From Desulfobacterales bacterium (lineage in GTDB: Bacteria > Desulfobacterota > Desulfobacteria > Desulfobacterales > SG8-13): a DNA stretch of 64,000 bases. Both the position numbers and the translations under genes were made by a program. A model generated the notes under the pieces. The model did not search any database and was not told where the DNA came from. It saw only the letters and a list, made by a program, of their open reading frames with translations. Position 1 is the first letter of the stretch. The number at the start of each line of letters is the position of its first letter. Below are positions 18,103 through 25,927 of this stretch, in pieces. The DNA lies in NCBI GenBank assembly GCA_051155755.1, contig DAXETY010000042.1, forward strand, positions 20,367-84,366, read 5' to 3'.

Positions 18103-19752
18103 TCAGATCACCTTGATTTTGTAGACTTCGTTGGATTCCGGATCGATCACGTGCACGCCGCAGGCGATGCAGGGATCGAAGGAATGCACGGTCCGCAGCA
18201 CTTCGAGCGGTTTCTTGGGGTCGGCGACCGGCGTTCCGATCAGCGACTCTTCCACCGGACCGAGCTTGCCCTTGTCATCCCGCGGTCCCAGGTTCCAGGT
18301 GGATGGGACCACGTACTGGTAGTTGGCGATCTTTTTGTCTTCGATGCGAACCCAGTGTCCGAGCGCGCCGCGAGGCACGTCGTTCAGTCCGACGCCCATG
18401 CCGCTGTCCGGTATCTCGTAGGGCTCGTAAGTTGCCACGTTGCCGGCCTTCAGGTTGTCCACCAGCTCGCCCACCCAGCCCTGCATGGCTTCTCCGATCA
18501 CCACGGTCTCGATCCCGCGGGCGGCGGTGCGACCCAGAGTGGAGAACAGGTGCTTGGGTTCGATGCCGAGTTTCTGGAAGACCGCGTTGACCGTGGCCAC
18601 GATGTCCTTGTGCCCCCTGCCGTAAGCGACCAGCACCCGGGCCAGCGGCCCCACTTCACAGGGTTCACCCTCGTAGCGCGGCGCCTTGAACCAGGTGTAC
18701 TGACCGTCGCCGGGCCGGTACTCGGGATTTTCCTGCAGCGGCCGAGTTTCGCCCTCGTAGGGATGCTTGGCGGCACCGCTTTCGTACCATCCGCGGCTGA
18801 CGTCTTCGGTGACCTTGTCCTGGCTGGCCATGTGGATTTTGCCCAGGTCCCGGTTCTTGATGATTCCGCGGGGAAAGAACAGGCTCTCGGGCTCCTGGTC
18901 GCTCTGGGGAAATTCGCCCCAGGCCAGAAAGTTGGTGGTTCCGCCGATGGCACCCCAGTCCTTGTAAAAGGAAGCCACCGCCAGCAGATCCGGAATGTAG
19001 ACGTTTTTGACGAAATCCTGGGTTTCCTTGGTAATGTACAGGAATTCGGCAATGCGGTCCGGGGACAGATCGCGGGCGGAGGTTACGCCGCCAACCGTCA
19101 GGGATTGCGGGTGCGGGTTCTTGCCGCCGAAAATTGCGTGCATCCGGGCCGCCTTGGCCTGCAGCCGCAGCGCTTCGATGTAGTGGGCGGTGGCAATCAG
19201 GTTGGCCTCCGGTGGCAGCTTGTAGGCCGAGTGTCCCCAATAGGCATTGGCGAACGGACCCAGCTGGCCGCTCTCCACAAAGGTTCTCAGACGCTGCTGC
19301 ACGTTTTTAAAATAAGTTACTCCGCCCCAGGGTGCGTTGCTGACGTTGTCGGCCAGCACCGCGGTCTTGGCCGGATCGGCGTTCAAGGCGCTGACCACGT
19401 CAACCCAATCCAGGGCATGCAGGTGATAGAAGTGCACGATGTGATCGTGCTGGAACTGGGCGCCCATCAAAAGATTGCGGATAATTCGTGCATTTGCCGG
19501 AACTTTGATGCCAACGGCATCGTCGACTGCCCTCACCGAGGACAGAGCATGGGTGTACGTTCAGACGCCGCAGGAGCGCTGCACGAAATGATGGGCGTCG
19601 CGGGGATCCCGTCCCTGCAGGATCATTTCGATCCCGCGGAACATCTGCCCCGAACTCCAGGCATTGACGACCTTGCCTCCGGCAACTTCCACTTCAATGC
19701 GAAGGTGGCCTTCAATGCGGGTAATCGGATCGATTACAACTCGTTGCGCCAT
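18103..19752 (-). CDS. [NiFe] hydrogenase large subunit (periplasmic group-1 type): one 549-codon frame with a single in-frame TGA at 19561-19563, a candidate selenocysteine codon
   Basis: Track ORFs 19561..19752 and 18103..19536 are in the same frame. The N-terminus is [15 protein letters not shown]...QRSCGV[TGA]TYTHALSS and the C-terminus is [12 protein letters not shown] followed by a cleavable extension. The Tat-signal small subunit gene is upstream and the protease gene is downstream. Confidence 0.85.
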
Positions 19753-19809
19753 AGGATGTCCTCCCTGTTGATATAGGCAAACTGAAATCGTTGCGAAAAT
19801 CGCAAATCT

Positions 19810-20757
19810 TTAGAATTCCTCATAGAATGGCGTGAAATTGTCCCAGAAGGCGGGTTCGCTGCAGCCGATGCACGGAGCTCCGGCCTGAACCGGCCAGCTG
19901 GTGCCGTCGTTGAACTTGGCGATCGGGCAATTGTTGTAGGTTTCGGGGCCGCGGCAGCCCACCGTGTAAAGGCACCAGCCGAGCCGTGCGCCTTCGTCGT
20001 CGAACTGCTCCACGAACTCGCCGTTTTCGAAATGCGAGCGTCGCGGGCACTGATCGTGGACGGTCTTGCCGTAGGCAAACATCGGCCGGCCGAGACTGTC
20101 GAGCGCCGGCATTTTGCCCAGCAGCAGGTAGTTTACCACCGTTCCGACGAAATTCACCGGGTTCGGAGGGCATCCGGCGATGTTGACCACCTGCATTCCC
20201 AGAGCTTCCCCAACGCCCTTGTAGCCGCCGGGATTGGGTGCTGCAGCCGGGACGCCGCCGAAGTTGGCACAGGCTCCGATTGCGATAACGCCGGCGGCTT
20301 TCGGGCAGACCTCCTGGGCGATTTCCAGAAAGGTACGTCCGCCGACTTTTCCGTACCCGCCGTCGAACTTGGTCGGGATGGAGCCTTCCACCACGCAGAT
20401 GAACTTACCGTTGTATTTCTCCAGGGCTTCCTGCAGCTGCCGTTCGGCCTGGTGGCCCGTAGCGGCCATGATGGTTTCATGGTATTCCATGGAGATGATT
20501 TCCAGCAGCAGCTCATCGATCCAGGGGTACATGGTTCGCAGCGTGGCTTCGGTACAGCCGGTGCACTCACCGAAATGCAGCCAGATCACCGGTGGACGCT
20601 GCTTGGGGGCGGCAAACACCTCGGCCACTTTGGGGACAAATGAAGAAGACAGCCCCATGGTCGCAGTGAGAAAGGTGCAAAACTTCATGAAGTCTCGCCG
20701 TGTCACACCTTTCTGCGCCAACCGCTCGTAAAATTGTTTTTCCTTTTCCATCGGCAC
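19810..20757 (-). CDS. [NiFe] hydrogenase small subunit, Tat-exported
   Basis: Twin-arginine signal ([10 protein letters not shown]), proximal-cluster motif ([12 protein letters not shown]) and C-terminal Fe-S Cys ligands (CPRRSHFE...GCRGP...CIGC). 315 aa. Confidence 0.92.
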   Translation of the reverse strand: MPMEKEKQFYERLAQKGVTRRDFMKFCTFLTATMGLSSSFVPKVAEVFAAPKQRPPVIWLHFGECTGCTEATLRTMYPWIDELLLEIISMEYHETIMAATGHQAERQLQEALEKYNGKFICVVEGSIPTKFDGGYGKVGGRTFLEIAQEVCPKAAGVIAIGACANFGGVPAAAPNPGGYKGVGEALGMQVVNIAGCPPNPVNFVGTVVNYLLLGKMPALDSLGRPMFAYGKTVHDQCPRRSHFENGEFVEQFDDEGARLGWCLYTVGCRGPETYNNCPIAKFNDGTSWPVQAGAPCIGCSEPAFWDNFTPFYEEF

Positions 20758-21053
20758 CTCCTTGATGCGTTGAAAGAGGCGGATCCGGTCCGCCGAACAT
20801 TGGGTTGTCAGCCGGAATTGGGAAACAAAAAAGCCATTTCGGTGAAACCAGCGTATCGAACGCCGTTTTGCGAAATGGCTTGATCTTGTTTGGCATTGGT
20901 CATAATTGAGGCCGCTTCTGCCGCTTGAGCTTCCTTCAATTCATACTTTGGTGGCATTGTCGAAACAGGCCGATGTTTAATCCAATCGATTCGGCACGTC
21001 AAGGCTAAAAAACCAACGCAAAACCAGTGAAAATAATGACCGCTGTACACCGA

Positions 21054-21527
21054 TCAGCTTTCTTCGTCGATGTCTCCGTATTCGTCGTCGGCCACTTTCA
21101 GTGACGAATTGAGGTTGCCGATCTCGTCTTTTTCCTCGTATTCGTCTTCAAAATCTTCCGCAAGCAACTCATCGAGGTCATCGGAATCGGCTTCCAGGTC
21201 GGTTTCAAATTCCTCGTCTCCCCTTTCCCGGGAAAGCAATTCGAGGTCATCGAAAAACAGCTCGGAAGTATCCCGATCTTCGGATTTGAGCATCTCCAGG
21301 ACGGCCACGGCGATGCGTTCGGCATAGGGGCCCGGCGGGTACATGTTCTTGGTTCGCAGGGCCGCAAGCAACGCATCCTTGCCGGCCGATGCCGCGGAAC
21401 GGATGTCCGGGACCTGGTAGGTTTCCTCGCACAGGGGCGAAAGGATGTCCTTATCGAGTTCGGCGAACTCCCGCAGGGTAATGGTCTTTTCCTGGCTGTT
21501 CAGGGTGATTTCATATTTCTGTTTCAT
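21054..21527 (-). CDS. Hypothetical protein with an extremely acidic C-terminal tail
   Basis: About 157 aa from the ATG at 21527 (MKQKYEITLNS...). The C-terminal 70 residues are dominated by D/E (DLELLSRERGDEEFETDLEADSDDLDELLAEDFEDEYEEKDE...). I recognise no family. Confidence 0.5.
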   Translation of the reverse strand: MKQKYEITLNSQEKTITLREFAELDKDILSPLCEETYQVPDIRSAASAGKDALLAALRTKNMYPPGPYAERIAVAVLEMLKSEDRDTSELFFDDLELLSRERGDEEFETDLEADSDDLDELLAEDFEDEYEEKDEIGNLNSSLKVADDEYGDIDEES

Positions 21528-21659
21528 GAATTGGACCCTTCCAAAATACGGTTTCATTAAGCATTTAAAGAGATCATACTCCAACAAGGGTGTCAAGCTT
21601 CTTTCTAAAACGGCGGCCCGCCGCTACTGCGCGGTTTCGGTGTCCGGTATGGTTTTGTA

Positions 21660-21688
21660 TTGACCAATCCACGGGTCGAATGTTACAA
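21660..21688 (+). promoter_or_regulatory. Candidate promoter for the tRNA-Ser pair (TTGACC-17 nt-TTACAA)
   Basis: The hexamers lie 18 nt upstream of the first tRNA-Ser 5' end. Confidence 0.35.
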
Positions 21689-21706
21689 AAGAACACGGTA
21701 CGACGC

Positions 21707-21796
21707 GGAGGGATGGCTGAGCGGTCGAAAGCGGCGGTCTTGAAAACCGTTGAGGGTTTACGCCCTCCGTGGGTTCGAATCCTACTCCCTCCGCCA
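21707..21796 (+). tRNA. tRNA-Ser (anticodon UGA), long variable arm, CCA encoded
   Basis: Acceptor GGAGGGA/UCCCUCC, anticodon loop CUUGAAA, long variable arm (UGAGGGUUUACGCCCUCCG), T loop UUCGAAU, then G-CCA. Confidence 0.9.
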
Positions 21797-21839
21797 CTTG
21801 GCTTTACCTACATATCCGCCAATACATCGTAAACTACCC

Positions 21840-21932
21840 GGAGAGATGGCCGAGTCGGCTGAAGGCGCTCGCCTGCTAAGCGAGTGTGCGGTGAAAGCTG
21901 CACCGAGGGTTCGAATCCCTCTCTCTCCGCCA
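21840..21932 (+). tRNA. tRNA-Ser (anticodon GCU), long variable arm, CCA encoded
   Basis: Acceptor GGAGAGA/UCUCUCC, anticodon stem CUCGC/GCGAG with loop CUGCUAA, long variable arm, T loop UUCGAAU, then G-CCA. Confidence 0.9.
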
Positions 21933-21936
21933 GTTA

Positions 21937-21979
21937 ACCGCCGGTTTCCCCAATCAAGGAAACCGGCGGTCTTTATTTT
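21937..21979 (+). terminator. Intrinsic terminator after the tRNA-Ser pair
   Basis: 13-bp stem ACCGCCGGTTTCC-ccaatcaa-GGAAACCGGCGGT followed by CTTTATTTT. Confidence 0.8.
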
Positions 21980-22035
21980 CATCCGCGGCGTCCTTAAATT
22001 GATACAAACCAACGAAACATTCCGGAGGCCGCTAC

Positions 22036-22185
22036 ATGAAGATAAAACCATGGTCGCTGATCGGCATTCTTCTGTGTTTATCATTTCTGGCCGCCTGTCA
22101 GGGCACGCAAGAGCAGTCGTCCCCGGACGATGATCGTGCTCCGATTGTCGAGCCCTACAAGTACCACCCCAAAAGCAACCGGTAG
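22036..22185 (+). CDS. Possible small lipoprotein (49 aa), below the ORF-track length cutoff
   Basis: GGAGG lies 8 nt before the ATG. The translation MKIKPWSLIGILLCLSFLAACQGTQEQSSPDDDRAPIVEPYKYHPKSNR has a signal peptide plus an LAAC lipobox. Strong hairpins follow it. Confidence 0.4.
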   Translation: MKIKPWSLIGILLCLSFLAACQGTQEQSSPDDDRAPIVEPYKYHPKSNR

Positions 22186-22215
22186 ATTTTGAAAACTCAA
22201 ACTGCCCGGATACGG

Positions 22216-22272
22216 CCTGAAAGCGCACATAGGGGGCTGCGTTATACGCAGCCCCCTATGTGCGCTTTCAGG
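22216..22272. repeat. 26-bp perfect inverted repeat (hairpin/terminator or protein-binding palindrome)
   Basis: CCTGAAAGCGCACATAGGGGGCTGCG-ttata-CGCAGCCCCCTATGTGCGCTTTCAGG. A second 9-bp hairpin follows at 22270-22297 and abuts the stop codon of the PilZ gene. Confidence 0.75.
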
Positions 22273-22296
22273 CAGAATTCGCCTGCGGATTCTGCC

Positions 22297-22788
22297 TCAG
22301 GCTTCACCCATGGTGTGGTTCAATATAAACTCATCCAGCTTGGTCACCTGTTGCGCGGAAAGCTCGCCGAAGGCCAGGTGCATCTGGCGGATCTGTAACG
22401 AACTCAGTGCATGTTCGCATTCGATTTCATAATCGGATACCGTGTGATAGGGCAAGTCATCCATCATCAGCCCGCTGCCGGCGAGTATGATTTTTAACAC
22501 ACTTTCGCTGTCGATGGTTTCCTCCGCGCCGATGTATCGAAAGGACAGGCCCACCAGGCTGATATCCCGTATCTGTCCCAGCCGATGATCGTGGTTGATG
22601 AGCGCGGCATAAGCGCCCTCCCGGACCCGATATCGTTTTTTTCTGCGGCGATCGTACTGGTTTCTGCGATCGTTGGAATGGGGCCGCATTTGCTTCCTGC
22701 GTTCGTTTTTACCGCGTCGATCTCCCACCGTCCTCGCCTCCGCAGGTCGAGTGAACATCGCGAACCGTTTTGCCGGCAATCCGGCCAT
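22297..22788 (-). CDS. PilZ domain protein (putative c-di-GMP receptor)
   Basis: An Arg-rich stretch (RRNQYDRRRKKRYRV) is followed by QIRDISLVGLSF, which matches the RxxxR ... D/NxSxxG PilZ signature. The true start is uncertain (22788, 22758 or further in). Confidence 0.7.
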   Translation of the reverse strand: MAGLPAKRFAMFTRPAEARTVGDRRGKNERRKQMRPHSNDRRNQYDRRRKKRYRVREGAYAALINHDHRLGQIRDISLVGLSFRYIGAEETIDSESVLKIILAGSGLMMDDLPYHTVSDYEIECEHALSSLQIRQMHLAFGELSAQQVTKLDEFILNHTMGEA

Positions 22789-23076
22789 ATTCGACAGAAA
22801 TTATATAAACAAATCCGATGTGAAGTCAACAACCACCCGCTTCGCGGGTGGCTTAAATTTTCTTGCTGCGGCACTCGCCGCCGGCAAGAAAGGACCGAAG
22901 CACGGTTGTGCTTCGATGCTGAACTTGCACCGGGTGTGTAGCACCCGGTTTGGGCAAGAATCAAGGAGAATCGATCGGTGTCCTTTGTATTTTCCCAACA
23001 ACCGGCAGGCGATTTTCCGCCCTGCTCAGAGCGGAAATGCGCCCGAATGCCGTTCCCCGCAGAGCCCCAAATTCGC

Positions 23077-23106
23077 TTGACAAACCGGCTTTGTTTAGAC
23101 TAATCA
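23077..23106 (+). promoter_or_regulatory. Candidate sigma70-type promoter for sat (TTGACA-18 nt-TAATCA)
   Basis: Perfect -35 at 23077-23082 and -10 at 23101-23106, about 78 nt upstream of the sat ATG. Confidence 0.4.
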
Positions 23107-23183
23107 TACCATTTTTAATGGTCTGTGCAGGCAATGGGTGGCACGACAACCCGAAAAAATACAATGAAAGGAGATCAGAGCAC

Positions 23184-24458
23184 ATGTCACAGTTAATCCC
23201 CCCCCATGGCGGAAAGGGCCTTACGAAGTGCCTGTTGGAAGGCAGCAAGCGTGAGGAGGAGCTGAAGAAGGCACAGGGTCTGAAAAAAGTCCCTGTTTCG
23301 CCCCGGGTCCTCGGCGACCTGATCATGATCGGCATCGGCGGCTTCAGCCCCCTGACGGGCTTCATGACCAAGGCGGATTGGAAAGGCGTTTGTGAAAAAT
23401 ATCTGCTGGCCGACGGCACTTTTTGGCCGGTGCCGGTATGCCTGGACGTTTCCAAGGAGCTGGCCGGCTCGATCGGCGAGGGCGAGGAGATCACCCTGTT
23501 CGATCCCAAAACCGACCAGATCATGGCCACCATGAAGGTGACCGAGAAATACGAGATGTCCGAGGCCGACAAAAAATTCGAATGTGAAAAGGTCTACATG
23601 GGTGAAGGCACCCCCTCGGCGGACGAATTCTGGAAAATCGCCATGGAAGATCATCCCGGCGTCGCCATGGTCATGGATCAGCGGGAATTCAACCTGGCCG
23701 GCCCGGTCAAGGTGCTCAGTGAGGGGCAGTACCCCACCAAATATGCCGGCATCTATCACCGTCCGGAAGAATCCCGAAAAATTTTCGAGGAAAAAGGCTG
23801 GAAAGAGATTGCCGCGCTGCAGCTGCGCAACCCCATGCACCGCTCCCACGAATACCTGTGCAAGATCGCCGTGGAAGTCTGCGACGGCGTTTACATTCAC
23901 TCGCTGGTGGGCAACCTCAAGCCCGGTGACATCCCGGCCGATGTGCGCGTTAAATGCATCGACGCGCTGGTCAAAAACTATTTCGTGGCCGACAACGTGG
24001 TCCAAGGTGGCTACCCGCTCGACATGCGTTATGCCGGCCCCCGCGAAGGCCTGCTGCATGCCGTGTTCCGTCAGAACTACGGCTGCTCGCGCATGATCAT
24101 CGGTCGTGACCATGCCGGGGTGGGCGATTTCTACGGCATGTTCGAGGCCCAGACCATTTTCGACAAGATTCCGAAGCCCGAGGGCGAAGGCAAGGCCCTT
24201 CTCTGCGAACCGCTGAAGATCGACTGGACCTTCTACTGCTACAAGTGCGACGGCATGGCTTCCCTGCGCACCTGCCCCCACGGCAAAGAAGACCGCGTGC
24301 TGCTGTCGGGCACCATGCTGCGTAAGCTGCTGTCCGAAGGCGGCCAGCTGCCGGATCACTTCGGCCGCGATGAAGTTGTCGCCATTCTGCGTGAGTACTA
24401 CGAAGGCCTCACCGAGAAGGTGGCGATCAAGACCCACAAGGCGGCCACCGGCGAATAA
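23184..24458 (+). CDS. sat: Sulfate adenylyltransferase (ATP sulfurylase)
   Basis: 424 aa from the ATG at 23184 (RBS AAAGGAGA). [10 protein letters not shown]..., [11 protein letters not shown] and IGRDHAGVG are the conserved ATP-sulfurylase motifs. It is adjacent to aprBA-qmoABC. Confidence 0.95.
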   Translation: MSQLIPPHGGKGLTKCLLEGSKREEELKKAQGLKKVPVSPRVLGDLIMIGIGGFSPLTGFMTKADWKGVCEKYLLADGTFWPVPVCLDVSKELAGSIGEGEEITLFDPKTDQIMATMKVTEKYEMSEADKKFECEKVYMGEGTPSADEFWKIAMEDHPGVAMVMDQREFNLAGPVKVLSEGQYPTKYAGIYHRPEESRKIFEEKGWKEIAALQLRNPMHRSHEYLCKIAVEVCDGVYIHSLVGNLKPGDIPADVRVKCIDALVKNYFVADNVVQGGYPLDMRYAGPREGLLHAVFRQNYGCSRMIIGRDHAGVGDFYGMFEAQTIFDKIPKPEGEGKALLCEPLKIDWTFYCYKCDGMASLRTCPHGKEDRVLLSGTMLRKLLSEGGQLPDHFGRDEVVAILREYYEGLTEKVAIKTHKAATGE

Positions 24459-24482
24459 TTCACCGGCCCGTCTTCGAAAGGC

Positions 24483-24521
24483 AAAAAAAGGGAGTTCGGC
24501 ATTGCAGCCGGCTCCCTTTTT
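24483..24521 (+). terminator. Intrinsic terminator after sat
   Basis: AAAAAAAGGGAG...CTCCCTTTTT hairpin with a 3' T-run, 25 nt after the sat stop. Confidence 0.7.
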
Positions 24522-24653
24522 GGTTCCGAGACCCTCACTTCGCTAAGCGGCGATCCGAAGGGAAAGGTACTGTGCCGCCGGCAGGAATCGCGCCTGTGAT
24601 GCTCCCTTGGCTCGCTTCACGGGTCTTTTCGAGGGCGATGGCACATCCAACAC

Positions 24654-24690
24654 AAAAAGGGAGGCGCCGAGGCGGCCTCCCTTTTGTTTC
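24654..24690 (-). terminator. Intrinsic (bidirectional) terminator after qmoC
   Basis: AAAAAGGGAGGC-gccgaggcg-GCCTCCCTTTTGTTT. The stem is flanked by A and T runs and lies about 30 nt beyond the qmoC stop. Confidence 0.7.
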
Positions 24691-24715
24691 GAAAATGGAT
24701 AACGCTCCATTCGAA

Positions 24716-25867
24716 CTACTGGCGGTTGGTGTATTCCGCATACGCCATGGCCACCGTCCGGTATACCAGGTGGGCCAGCTTGGAAAACGGCAGATATGCA
24801 AACAACATGAACACGAACACCAGATGGACGAAATAGGTCCAGTACGTCACGTACCGCCACTCGGCCAGCCGGGTGACTTGGGCGCCCATGCCGGTGACGC
24901 CCAGCGCGAACACCAGCCCCAGCAGGTACCAGTCGAAGTAGCTGCTGGTTTCCTGCTCTTTTTTGCGGCGTTGTTGGATCAGCATCCAGCCGCCGATGAT
25001 CAACGCCACGCCGCCGGCATTGGCCAGCCACTTGATCGGGTTGAGCTGAGAATAGGGCCCGTGGATCTGCAGGATGTACAGGGCCACGAAAAAGCAGCTG
25101 GTGACGATGAACAGGGCGATAAAGGAGAACAGCACCAGCAGGTGGGCGGTGCTGCGGTCCTTGTTTTCACCGCATTCGTTGAACCGATCATGTTTCAAAA
25201 TGGTCGGAATGACCCGCACCAGGGACTGAATAAAGCTGCCGGCGTTGAATTCCTTGTTTTCGGCTTTGCCGGTGGCGATGGCCGAAGCGTGCATATCGCC
25301 GATAAAGCGTTTTAGTCCCAGCGCGAAAACGGCCACCGCCCAGATGGAAAGCGGCACAAAGATAATGTCCACCAGCCAGGTGGAAAAAAAGTCGGCATGC
25401 GCGATTTTACCGGTGGCCGGCGGTGTAAAGTTGAGCCAGTCGATCCCGGCGGCTTTCAGCAGCAGCCCCAATGCCACCATAATGACCGCGGGAAGCAGAA
25501 ACAGTATCGGCAGCTTGGAAGGATCGGCCACCCATTTGGCCAGGAATTTGGGCGTGGCGTACTCCTGGATGGCGTAGGCCCGAATGGCCGCCATGACATT
25601 GCCCGGTTTGGCACCCCGCGGGCACAGCGTGGTGCAGTCTCCGCAGTTGTGGCAAAGCCAGATGTCGTAATCGGGCACCAGCCGGTCTTTCAAGCCCCAG
25701 GATGCCGCAATCATCTCCTTGCGCGGAAACGGTTTGTTGTCGGGCGAGATCTTACAGGCCACCGAGCAGGTCGCGCACTGGTAGCATTTTTTCAGGTCCC
25801 CGCCGCCGAGTTTGCCCACCTCCTTGATGAAACTGAGATCCGGCTCCAGCGTTGTTGTCTCTGCCAT
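24716..25867 (-). CDS. qmoC: Quinone-interacting membrane-bound oxidoreductase subunit C (HdrC-like Fe-S domain fused to an HdrE/NarI-like cytochrome b membrane domain)
   Basis: The N-terminus has two ferredoxin-type motifs (CYQCATCSVAC, CHNCGDCTTLCP), followed by multiple TM helices. It lies after qmoA-qmoB and downstream of aprBA. Confidence 0.9.
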   Translation of the reverse strand: MAETTTLEPDLSFIKEVGKLGGGDLKKCYQCATCSVACKISPDNKPFPRKEMIAASWGLKDRLVPDYDIWLCHNCGDCTTLCPRGAKPGNVMAAIRAYAIQEYATPKFLAKWVADPSKLPILFLLPAVIMVALGLLLKAAGIDWLNFTPPATGKIAHADFFSTWLVDIIFVPLSIWAVAVFALGLKRFIGDMHASAIATGKAENKEFNAGSFIQSLVRVIPTILKHDRFNECGENKDRSTAHLLVLFSFIALFIVTSCFFVALYILQIHGPYSQLNPIKWLANAGGVALIIGGWMLIQQRRKKEQETSSYFDWYLLGLVFALGVTGMGAQVTRLAEWRYVTYWTYFVHLVFVFMLFAYLPFSKLAHLVYRTVAMAYAEYTNRQ

Positions 25868-25927
25868 ATCATACCTCCTGCGATACCGGATCGTCCGCAG
25901 ATGCAGACGATCCGGTCCTTGAATATG

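Noticed and set aside
22950-23183. N-terminal 78-aa extension of sat in the ORF track (start at 22950).
   Set aside because: The ATG at 23184 has a strong RBS (AAAGGAGA), and [10 protein letters not shown] aligns with the N-termini of ATP sulfurylases. The upstream part has no coding character and contains hairpins and a promoter-like TTGACA-18-TAATCA.
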